The position numbers and the translations under genes were made by a program. This document shows, piece by piece, positions 10,372 to 20,249 of a DNA stretch of 64,000 bases. Source of the DNA: Heptranchias perlo (taxonomy: Eukaryota); assembly GCF_035084215.1 (NCBI RefSeq), contig NC_090329.1, positions 123,256,001 to 123,320,000 of the forward strand, written 5' to 3'. The notes beneath the pieces are model-generated. The model was not told the DNA's origin and searched no databases. It worked only from the letters and a program-made list of their open reading frames with translations. Positions within the stretch are counted from its first letter, which is position 1; every line of letters begins with the position of its first letter.

Positions 10372-10470
10372 ATAAAAACAGACAACGCTAGAAACATTCA
10401 TCGAGTCAGGCAGCATCTGCGGAGAGAGAAACGGAGCTTAATGTTTAAGGTCGATGACCTATCGTCAGAA
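10372..10470 (-). mobile_element. Degenerate Penelope-like pLTR end of a second family with a decayed hammerhead
   Basis: Minus strand reads CTGACGA t aggtc-atc-gacct TAAA c.., followed by cagatgctgcctgac..tgtttttat. The GAAA core is mutated. Confidence 0.55.
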
Positions 10471-10809
10471 TGTTGAGAACAGACCTCCAGGCCTGTGAAA
10501 TTCAAATGGGACACACAACCAGTGGGTAAGAAATATGAGCGCATGTAAGGCTCGAGTTGCCTGAGCTTTGAGGGTGGATATGGCCCACAGGTCATAATCT
10601 GAACACCCCCGTTTTTCAGATTATAGGAGGAAGGAAAGGCTGAAGGAGGTGAGGTTTTAAGGTCGCGGGATAAAACAATTTAGGAGTACGTGAAGGTGCA
10701 ATTCAGTCATGATTTCAACACGGCAAGGATGCAGGGAAGAGGAAGGGCATTAGGAGTGCTGGTAGTGGGGTATTATTTATGAGGGCTGCAAGGTTTCCTT
10801 TAGAGAAGG

Positions 10810-11020
10810 AACCCTGCTGTCCTTGCCCTGTCTGGCTTATAGGTGATTCCAGTCATAAACCAACGTGGTTAACTCATAACTGCCCTCTGAAGTGTCCTAG
10901 CAATCCACTCGGTTGTATCAAACAGTGGTTCAATAAAGTAGCCCACCACCACTTCTTGGGGCAACTAGGGATGGGCAATAAATGCTGGCCTTGCCAGCGA
11001 CACCCACATGCCGAGAATGA
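10810..11020 (+). mobile_element. SINE 3' half with a LINE-derived tail
   Basis: agggatgggcaataaatgctggcc..gccagcgac.ccca tail, as in 15550-15620 on the minus strand. Confidence 0.65.
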
Positions 11021-12236
11021 AGTTTTTTTTAAAAAAAAGAGGAGACTGGATGGATATTTCTCACTTGTGAATGCTGTGTGGTGTCAAGGATCTGATGCAG
11101 CTCCAAACATTTCATCAAATTCCAATCAAGAGGCTTTAGAACCATTATCGATCTCATTCTGCCTTCGTTACCCACAGGGCCTCGTACACTGTGTCAGTGT
11201 AAAGGTTATGACATCAAATGCTGGTTCAAGTGTGCCAATGTAAACTGTAATACATCTGAAACACTGGTGCGCAGACAGCTGATCCTAGGTGAGAGATTTT
11301 CAGCTCAATACCCGAGGCATCGCCTTGTGCTAGAAACACAAACGTCGTTAAATGCAGCTGACTGTGTCCATTACACAAATCACAGAAGGCAAGGTTTGCT
11401 TTGATCTGAGTTCGTTGTGCTATTACTGATGATACAGCTGCTATGTCATCAAAACATGAGGCACCTATTCTAATCCCACTCTCCTTGCTCCCCATATCCT
11501 ATGATTTTTATTTATTTCAAGCAACTATCCAATTCTCTTTTTTTATAGACTGCTTCAGCAGTAGTTTGTGGTGGAGAACTCCATGTTCTAATTCCGGTCA
11601 GTACATTTCTTTCCTAACGTCCCCTTTAATTATTTCTGTGACTTAAATTTGTAGCTTGTTATCCCACCAACCAGTGGAAACAATCTCTCTCTATTTATCA
11701 TAACCCTTTGTAATCTTGAAGACCTCCCTCAGGTTGGCCGTTAATCTTCTCAGCTCTAATGGGGAAAAAAAGCACCAACTTCTTCATAACTCTCACTCCT
11801 CATCCTTGGTAACATCCTAATGAATCTACATAACTCTTTTCCCATTCCTTTCATAACCTTCCTATAATGGGGTGCTCAAAACTACACACAATATTCCAGT
11901 AGCAGCCTCACTAAGGAACAGGAGTAGGCCATTCAAGGTTGTTCCACCATTTAATTAGATCATTTGTAAACAATTTTACAACACCAAGTTATAGTCGAAC
12001 GATTTTATTTTTAATCCCACAAGCTTTCGGGGGCTTTCCCCTTCCTCAGGCAGTGTGGAAAAGACAATTTCGAATCCTTTGCATTTTAAGATCACAGAAC
12101 AAAGCCTGGTGATTACTGCCCGTTGCCAAGGCAATCACAGTGAGCAGACAGAGGGGTGTCATCTAAAAGGCCACTGAATATACAACCCCCCAAAAAAAGA
12201 GAGAGAGATAAGGAAGACAGTCAATGACACGTTATA

Positions 12237-12917
12237 TTAAAAACAGATAACATTTGTTCGCTGGTGGGGTAACGTGTAGTGTGACATGAACCCAAGATCC
12301 CGGTTGAGGCCGTCCTTATGGGTGCGGAACTTGGCTATCAATTTCTGCTCGACGATTTTGCGTTGTCGTGTGTCTCGAAGGCCACCTTGGAGTACGCTTA
12401 CCCGAAGGTCGGTGGCTGAATGTCCATGACTGCTGAAGTGTTCCCCGACATGGAGAGAACCCTCCTGTTTGGCGATTGTTGCGCGGTGTCCGTTCATCCG
12501 TTGTCGCAGCGTCTGCATGGTCTCGCCAATGTACCATGCTCTGGGGCATCCTTTCCTGCAACGTATGAGGTAGACAACGTTGGCCGAGTCACAGGAGTAT
12601 GAACCGTGCACCTGGTGGGTGGTGTCCTCTCGTGTGATGGTGGTATCTGTGTCGATGATCTGGCATGTCTTGCAGAGGTTACCGTGGCAGGGTTGTGTGG
12701 TGTCGTGGACGCTGTTCTCTTGAAGGCTGGGTAATTTGCTGCGAACGATGGTTTGTTTGAGGTTGGGTGGCTGTTTAAAGGCGAGTAGTGGAGGTGTGGG
12801 GATGGCCATAGCGAGGTGTTCGTCATCATTGATGACATGTTGAAGGCTGCGGAGAACATGGCGTAGTTTCTCCGCTCCGGGGAAGTACTGGACGACGAAG
12901 GGTACTCTGTTGGTTGC
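12237..12917 (-). pseudogene. Penelope-like ORF C-terminus: Cys-rich linker plus GIY-YIG endonuclease (RT missing)
   Basis: PCHGNLCKTC, NVVYLIRC..C..WYIGET..LRQRMNGH, VGEHF..H, EQKLI..F.T..GLN. Frame is open but 5'-truncated. Confidence 0.9.
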
Positions 12918-13218
12918 GATCGAGCAGAAATTAATAGCCAAGTTCCGCACCCATGAGGACGGCCTCAATCGGGATCTTGGGTTCATGTCACACTACACGT
13001 AACCCCACCAGCGAACAAATGTTATCTGTTTTTAATATAACGTGTCATTGACTGTCTTCCTTATCTCTCTCTCTTTTTTTGGGGGGTTGTATATTCAGTG
13101 GCCTTTTAGATGACACCCCTCTGTCTGCTCACTGTGATTGCCTTGGCAACGGGCAGTAATCACCAGGCTTTGTTCTGTGATCTTAAAATGCAAAGGATTC
13201 GAAATTGTCATTTCCACA

Positions 13219-13256
13219 CTGCCTGAGGAAGGGGAAAGCCCCCGAAAGCTTGTGGG
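13219..13256 (+). ncRNA. Minimal hammerhead ribozyme in pLTR (inverted copy at about 12016-12053 on the minus strand)
   Basis: ctgc CTGAGGA a gggg-aaagc-cccc GAAA gctt gtgg, with compensatory changes relative to 9417-9457. Confidence 0.75.
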
Positions 13257-14984
13257 ATTAAAAATAAAATCGTTGGACTATAACTTGGTGTTGTAAAATT
13301 GTTTACAATTGTTAACCCCAGTCCATCACCGGCATCTCCACATCATAATTAGATCATGGTTGATCTGTACCTCAGCTCCATTTCCCCGCCTTTGCTCCAT
13401 ATCCCTGATACCCTCACCTAATAAAAATCTGTCGATCTCAGTCTTCAAAATTTCAATTGTCCCAGCATTCACAGACTTTTTGGGGAAAGAGTTCCAGATT
13501 TCCACTATCCAGATTTCACTCCTGAACGGCCCAGCTCGAATTTTAAGATTACGTCCCCTTGTTCCTAATTCCCTCACCAGAGGAAATAGCTTCTTCGTAT
13601 CTAGCCTTTAGAATCCTTTTATCATTTTAAACACCTCGATCAAGCATCGATGCATTTAAGGGTAAACGAGATAAACACATGAGGGAGAAGGATATGTTGA
13701 TGGGGTTAGGTGAAGACTGGTGGGAGGAGGCTCGTGTGGAGCATAAACACCGGCATGGACCTGTTGGGCCGAATGGCCTGTTTCTGTGCTGTACATTCTT
13801 TGTAAGGGAATACAACCTAAATTTATACATCATGTCCTCGTAATTTAGCCCTTTAAGCCCCCTGGCATCATTTTGGTAAATTTGTGCTGTACCCCCTCTA
13901 AGACCAATATATCCTTCCTGAGATGCGGTGCCCAGAACTGAACACAGTACTCCAGATGGTTTCTGTACAGCTGAAGCATCACCTCCTCCCCTTTGCATTT
14001 CAACCCTGTGGGGATAAAGATCTTGTTCAAATTCAACATCACCTCCTTGCTTTTGTAATTGATACTTCCAGATACATGTGCCTTATTTCCAACCTGTACC
14101 CCTTGTCCCCTTTAATGATCATTGTATCAATACACCACGGCCCCTCTTCTATTTAAGTTCTTACATAGGAACAGGAGTAGACCATTCTGTCCCTCGAGCC
14201 TGTTCCGCCATTCAAATAGATCATGGCTGATCTCTGTACCTCACTTCCAATTACCCGCCTTTGCTCCACATCCCTCGATACTTTTCCTGAATAAAAATCT
14301 GCCGACGTCAGTCTTGACAATTCCAACTGACACAGCATTTGCCTTTAAGGTGCATTTCCTTGTTCACACTTCCAGAATGTGTATCAATGTATTTGTCTAC
14401 ATTGAACTGTGTCGGCCACCTATCTGCCCATCCAGCAATGCATACAGGTCCTCTTGCAATCTTTTACAGTCCTCATCACAGTTTCCCCCCACCCCCCCCC
14501 CCTCTTTAACTGGAGGCTAATCTCCTTTAGAGGCTGATCTTTCCTTTAGAGGACACTTAGGTGGGCCCCACCCATGCTGCTGAGCCAGGACGCAGGCATT
14601 GTTCATCCTGATATAGCGGCCTCTACGATGCCACAGGCCGGAGCCGAGGAAATTCGTACAATCATAGAATGATACAGCATAGAAGGGGGCTATTCGGCCC
14701 ATCGTGCCTGTGCCGGCTCTTTGAAGGCTATCGAAGCAGTTCCACTCCCCTGCCCTTTCCCCATGGCCCTGCAAATTTTTCCTCTTTAAGTATATATCCA
14801 ATTTCCTTTTTAAAACTTATTATTGAATCAGGCAGTGCATTCCAGATCGTAACAACTCGCAGCGTAAAAAAAATTCTCTTCATCTAGCCTCTGTTTCTTT
14901 TCCCTGGTCTGGGAATTCCACCCCCTCTGTTGTAAGAGGGTGGTTGGAGGTTCTGCCTTACACAGCTGCCTCAAACCCCTTCCC

Positions 14985-15160
14985 CGATTATCTGGTCACT
15001 ATCACGTTGCTGTTTGTGGGATCTTGCTGTGCGCAAATTGGCTGCCGCGTTTTCTACATTACAACAGTGACTACACTTCAAAAGTACTTAATTGGTTGTA
15101 AAACGCTTTGGGGTGTTCTGAGGTTGGGAATAGCACAATATAAAGGCAAGTCTTTCTTAT
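14985..15160 (+). mobile_element. SacSINE1-like 3' fragment
   Basis: Matches 4203-4375. Confidence 0.75.
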
Positions 15161-15539
15161 GTCGCCAGACCGGGTAATTTAGCACTGCTCCCTCACTTTA
15201 TGTTGAAACCCCTTTAAGAGGTTCTGAAAAACAAGTTTCTTCCTGATTTTGCAGCTTTTCAGCATTAACAGACTGGTAGATTGAAAGATTGCTGTTAAAT
15301 TTCATTGTGCTAAATCTTCTGGTGGATCTCAGAGTGAAACCCTCTCCCTGTCAACTCTGCCCTCAGGGGTTTGTGTTATGTTTACTTGGGACTGGGGCTG
15401 TTGAAGTTGAGTTAATTAGCGAGGAGTAAGAGCCAAGATAAGTAAGATATGACCATCAAGATCAGACAAGAAATTTAAGCAAGACGTTGTTTGGGAAAAA
15501 TGCTTCTATCAGTGTTTAAAGGAAAAAGGCTCATCTATT

Positions 15540-15950
15540 TTATTTTTTATTCATTCATGGGATGTGGGCGTCGCTGGCGAGGCCAGCATTTATTGTCCAT
15601 CCCTAATTGCCCTTGAGAAGGTGGTGGTGAGCCGCCTTCTTGAACCACTGCAATCCATGTGGTGAAGGGTCTCCCACAGCGCTGTTAGGAAGGGAGTTCC
15701 AGGATTTTGACCCAGCGACGATGAAGGAACGGCGATATATTTCCAAGTCGGGATGGTGTGTGACTTGGAGGGGAACGTGCAGGTGGTGTTGTTCCCATGT
15801 GGCTGCTGCCCTTGTCCTTCTAGGTGGTAGAGGTCGCGGGTTTGGGAGGTGTTGTCGATGAAGCCTTGGCGAGCTGCTGCAGCGCACCCTGTGGGTGGTG
15901 CACACTGCATCCACAGTGCGCCGGTGGTGAAGGGAGTGAATGTTTAGGGT
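15540..15950 (-). mobile_element. 3' fragment of a CR1/L2-group LINE
   Basis: YRRSFIVAGSKSWNSLP....LQWFKKAAHHHL ORF2 C-terminus plus tail. Confidence 0.75.
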
Positions 15951-16154
15951 GGTGGTATGTGCAGATACTCATAATCCACCTTTACCCACCCCTTTCTCCT
16001 CAGTTAATCTGCTTCTTAGTGCGTCCTGCATTGCAAGATATCGCCAGACCAGGGATTCAGCAATATTCCCTCATATCTTGCTGAAAGTAAGGCAGTATGT
16101 ATCATTAGGTGAGACAGTCTCAGTAACCACAGAACATGTGAAAAGGCTCTTATT

Positions 16155-16668
16155 AGAACATAAGAAATAGGACCATATGACCCCTCGAGCCTGCTTCGCC
16201 GTTCAATAAGATCATGGCTGATCTTCTACCTCAACTCCACTTTCCCACCCTATCCCCTTAGTGTCCAATAATCTATCGACCTTAGTCTTGAATATACTCA
16301 ACGACTGAGCATCCACAGCCCTCTGGGATAGAGAATTCCAAAGATTCATAACCTTCTGAGTAAAAAATTTTTTCCTCATCTCGGTCCTAAATGGCCGATC
16401 CCTTATCCTGAGATTATGCCCCCTAGTTCTAAACTCTCCAGCCAGGGGAAACAGCCTCTCAGCATCTACCCTGTCAAACCCCCTCAGAATCTTATATGTA
16501 TGTTTCAATGAGATCACCTCTCATTCTTCTAAACTTCAGAGAGCATAGGCCCATTCTACTCAATCTTTCCTCGTAGGACAACTCTCTTATCCCAGGAATC
16601 AATCTAGTGAACCTTTGTTGCATCCCCTCTAAGGCAAGTATATCCTTCCTTAGGTAAGGAGACCAAAA
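16155..16668 (-). mobile_element. CR1 3' fragment
   Basis: YKILRGFDRVDAERLFP..TRGH..FFTQKVMNLWNSL. Confidence 0.88.
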
Positions 16669-16824
16669 CCATAGCTTTCCTCAATTTTAATGGAACTATT
16701 GGGCCTGCAGATTTTGGTTGACCCCTTTCTAGGGACTCCAGTTGAGAACAATCTAACGGAAGGCATGTCAAGGCTATTTGACTCTGAGCCTCAGGGTCAA
16801 ATAGCCTCTATTTGAGGCTATACT

Positions 16825-18716
16825 GCCCCTGCCTCAGCCCATATGCTGCTGAAACCCTCATCCATAAGACCATAAGAGATAGGAGCAGGAGTAGGCCATT
16901 TGGCCCCTCGAGCCTGTACTGCCATTCAATGAGATCACGGCTGATCTGATTTTTACCTCAACTCCACTTTCCTGCCTTTTCCCCATATCCTTTGACTCTA
17001 TTGCTGATCAAAAATTTGTCGAACTCAGTCTTGAATGTATTCAATGACTCAACCTCCACAGCCTTTTGGGGTAAAGAATTCCAAAGATTCACGACCCTCT
17101 GGGAGAAGAAATTCCTCCTAATTTCCATCTTAAACAGGCAACCCCTTATTCTGAGACTACACCCCCTAGTTTTAGACTCCCCCATGAGAGGTAACATCCT
17201 CTCAGCATCTACCCCATCGAGTCCCCTCAGAATCTTGTACGTTTCAATAAAATCTCCTCTCATTCTTCTAAATTCCAATGAGTGTAGACCCAACCTGTTC
17301 AATCTGTCCTCATAAGACAACCCTTCCATACCCAGAATCAACCTAGTGAACCTTCTCTGAACTGCCTCCAATGCAAGTATGTCCTTCCTTAAATAAGGGC
17401 ACCAGAACTGTATATAGTATTCCAGGTGTGGTCTCACCAGCATCCTGTACAGTTGTAGCATGACTTCCCTGCTTTTATACTCCATCCCCCTAGAAATAAA
17501 GGCCAATATTCCGTTTGCCTTCCGGATTACCTGCTGCACTTGAATGTTGACTTTTTGTGTTTCATGTACGAGGACCCCAGATCCCTCTGTACCGCAGCAT
17601 TTTGTAGTATTTCTCCATTCAAATAATATTTTGCTTTTTTATTTTTCCTCCAGAAATGGATTACTTCACATTTTCCCACATTATATTACATCTGCCAAAT
17701 TTTTGCCCATTCGCTTAACCTGTCAATATCCCTTTGCAGACACTTTGTGTCCTCATCACAACTTGCTTTTCCACCTATCTTTGTATCATCAGCAAATTTG
17801 GCCACAAGACAACCTGTTCCTTCATCCAAGTCATTGATATATATTGTAAATAGTTGAGGCCCCAGCACTGAGCCGTGCGGCACCCCACTAGTTACAGATT
17901 GCCATTTTGAAAATGACCATTTTACCCTGACTCTTTATTTTTTGTTAGTTAGCCAATCCTCTATCCATGCCAGTATATTACCCCCAACACCATGAGCTCT
18001 TATCTTGTGCAGTAACCTTTTAGTTGGCACATTATCGAATGCCTTTTGGAAATCCAAATATGCTGCATCCATTAGTTCCCCTTATCCACCCTGCCCGTTA
18101 CTTCTTCAAAGAACTGTAATAAATTTGTCAGACATGATTTCCCCTTCATTAAACCTTGCCTTTGTTACCTCTAGACTTGGCTATTCCAATGCTTTCCTGG
18201 CTGGCCTCCCACCTTGCACCTTCTGGAAACTTGAGCTCATCCAAAACTCTGTTGCCCGTACCTTAACTCGCACCAAATCCTGCTCATCCATCAATCCTGC
18301 GTTCGCCGACCTACATTGGCTCCCGGTCCGGCAACGCCTCGATTTTAAAATTCTCATCCTTGTGTTCAAATCCCTCCACGGCCTCGCCCCTCCCTATCTC
18401 TGTAACCTCCTCCAGCCCTACAACCCTCCCAGATCTCTGCGCTCCTCCAATTCTGGTCTCTTGTGCATCCCCGATTTCCTTCGCTCCACCGTTGGCGGCC
18501 ATGCCTTCAGGTGCCGAGGCCCTAAGCTCTGGAATTCCTTCCTTAAACCTCTCCACCTCTCTCCCTTAAGGCGCTCCTTAAAACCTACCTCTTTGACCAA
18601 GCTTTTGGTCACCTGTACTAATATCTCCTTATGTGGGTCGGGTCAAATTTTGTCTGATAACGTTCCTGTGAAGCACCTTGGGACGTTTTACTATGTTGAA
18701 GGCGCAGGTTGTTGTT
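16825..18716 (+). mobile_element. L2 3' fragment (16825-16865 plus 18157-18716), interrupted by a CR1
   Basis: AFVTSRLGYSNAFLAGLP..LHWLPVRQRLDFKIL; colinear with 5090-5737. Confidence 0.85.
16866..18156 (-). mobile_element. CR1 RT/3' fragment inserted into an L2
   Basis: PHGSVLGPQLFTIYINDL..KFADD and RPHLEY..QFW. L2 sequence is broken at aaaccctcatccat (16865) | tgcctttgttacc (18157). Confidence 0.9.
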
Positions 18717-19073
18717 GGGCGCTTGTCCTGTCACTTTGTGAGCTGACATGTTCCAGTATTCCCAAGAGTAGTTCTCTAGCACATACGTTGTTTGGGTGTC
18801 AAGGGTCGATGGTGTTCCTTTTCTCAAATGGATTCTTCCTCTTGCTTGTTGACACCATTCTAGACCTGTTTTGAAGGGAAAACTCATTTTTAGCTAAATT
18901 TAGAAAGGTTTATCTCAATCACACACATTACTTATATCAACTGATCAATCGTCCAATTTGTAATCTTATACTATACAATGGTAAATGTATTTATTTGCCA
19001 AAATAAAAACTCCTATACGGGATTTATATCCGACCATGTTACCATATTTTATTCACCAACACTTCCTACATAA

Positions 19074-19205
19074 AGAATAATGGATACCTGGGAGTGATTA
19101 CAGACTGGAATCTAATCGAGGGGTTCAGATGGTTTATATATAGAATAATGGATACCTGGGAGTGATTGCAGGCTGGAATCTAATCACGGGGTTCAGATGG
19201 TTTAT
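19074..19205. repeat. Two tandem copies of a 68-bp unit
   Basis: agaataatggatacctgggagtgatt.cag.ctggaatctaatc..ggggttcagatggtttat at 19074 and 19142. Confidence 0.85.
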
Positions 19206-20173
19206 CATAGTATCACAGTAGGTACAACACAGGAGGAGGAGGCCATTCGGCCCATTTTGCCTGTGCCGGCTCTTTGAAAGAGTTATCCAATTAGTCTCAT
19301 TCCCCAGCTCTTTCCCCGTAGCCCTGTAAATTTTTTCTTTCAAATAATTATCTAATCCCCTTTTGAAAGTTACTATTGAATCTGCTTCCACCACCCTTTC
19401 AGACAGTCCATTCCAGATCATTACAATTCGCTGCATTAAAAAAAATGTTTCTTCATATTGCCTCTGGCTCTTTTGCCGATCACCTTAAATCTGTGTCCTT
19501 TGGTTACTGACCCTTCTGCCACTGGAAAAAAATTCTCCTTATTTACTCTGTCAAAACCGTTAATGATTTTGAACACCTCTATCAAATCTCCTCTTTACCT
19601 TCTTTGTTCTAAAGCGAACATCCCCAGCTTCTCCAGTCTCTCCACGTAACTAAAGTCTCTCATCCCTGGCACCATTCTAGTAAATCTCTTCTGCACCCTC
19701 TCTAAGGCTTTCATATCCTGCCTAAAGTGTGGTGCCCAGAATTGAACACAATAGACCAGCTGAGGCCTAACCAGTGTTTTATAAAGATTTAACATAATTT
19801 CTTTGCTTTTGCACTCTATGCCGCTATTAATAAAGCCAAGGATCCCATATGCTTTTTTTTAAAGCGATTTCTCAACTTGTTCTGCCACCTTCAAAGATTT
19901 GTGTTCCTGCATTCCCAGGTCTCTCTGTTCCTGCACCCCCTTTAAAATTGTACCATTTAGTTTATATTGCCTCTCCTCATTCTTCAGCCAAAATGTATCA
20001 CTTCACACTTCTCTGCATTAATTTTCATCTACCATGTATCTGCCAATTTCACCAGTCTGTCGATGTCCTCCAGAAGTCTGTTACTATCCTCCACATTGTT
20101 TACTACATTTCCGAGTTTTCTGTCATCTGCAAACTTTGAAATTATACCCTCTATACCCAAGTCCAGGTCATTA
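19205..20173 (-). mobile_element. Older CR1 (3' part), host of the 9.45-kb insertion; continues at 29627-29810
   Basis: NDLDLGIEGIISKFADD and RPQLVYCVQFWAP. Colinear with the CR1 at 43980-45072. Confidence 0.88.
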
Positions 20174-20249
20174 GAATCATAGAAGTTTACAACACGGAAA
20201 CAGGCCCTTCGGCCCAACATGTCCATGTCGCTCAGTTTATACCACTAAG

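Larger units (their letters stand above)
11964..13345 (-). mobile_element. 5'-truncated Penelope-like retroelement (Neptune-type) with 389-bp inverted pLTRs, inserted into a CR1 tail
   Basis: Inverted arms 11964-12352 and 12920-13308. 37-nt tail at 13309-13345. 12-bp duplication taattagatcat at 11952-11963 and 13346-13357. GIY-YIG coding remnant. Confidence 0.93.
11480..14900. mobile_element. Cluster of nested CR1 fragments around the Penelope insertion (mostly minus strand; 13640-13800 plus)
   Basis: HLEYCVQFWAPHLRKDI and IWNSFP..V.A motifs plus CR1 tails. Confidence 0.75.

Noticed and set aside
11040-11450. Possible ancient RTE-like RT remnant
   Set aside because: Only faint motif resemblance; cannot be supported without a profile search.
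12918-12986. N-terminus of the 249-aa GIY-YIG ORF as a domesticated gene start
   Set aside because: The Met and first ~23 codons come from the antisense inverted arm, a by-product of the fold-back junction.
18005-18874. 289-aa ORF
   Set aside because: Chimera of antisense CR1, L2 ORF2 remnant and flank.
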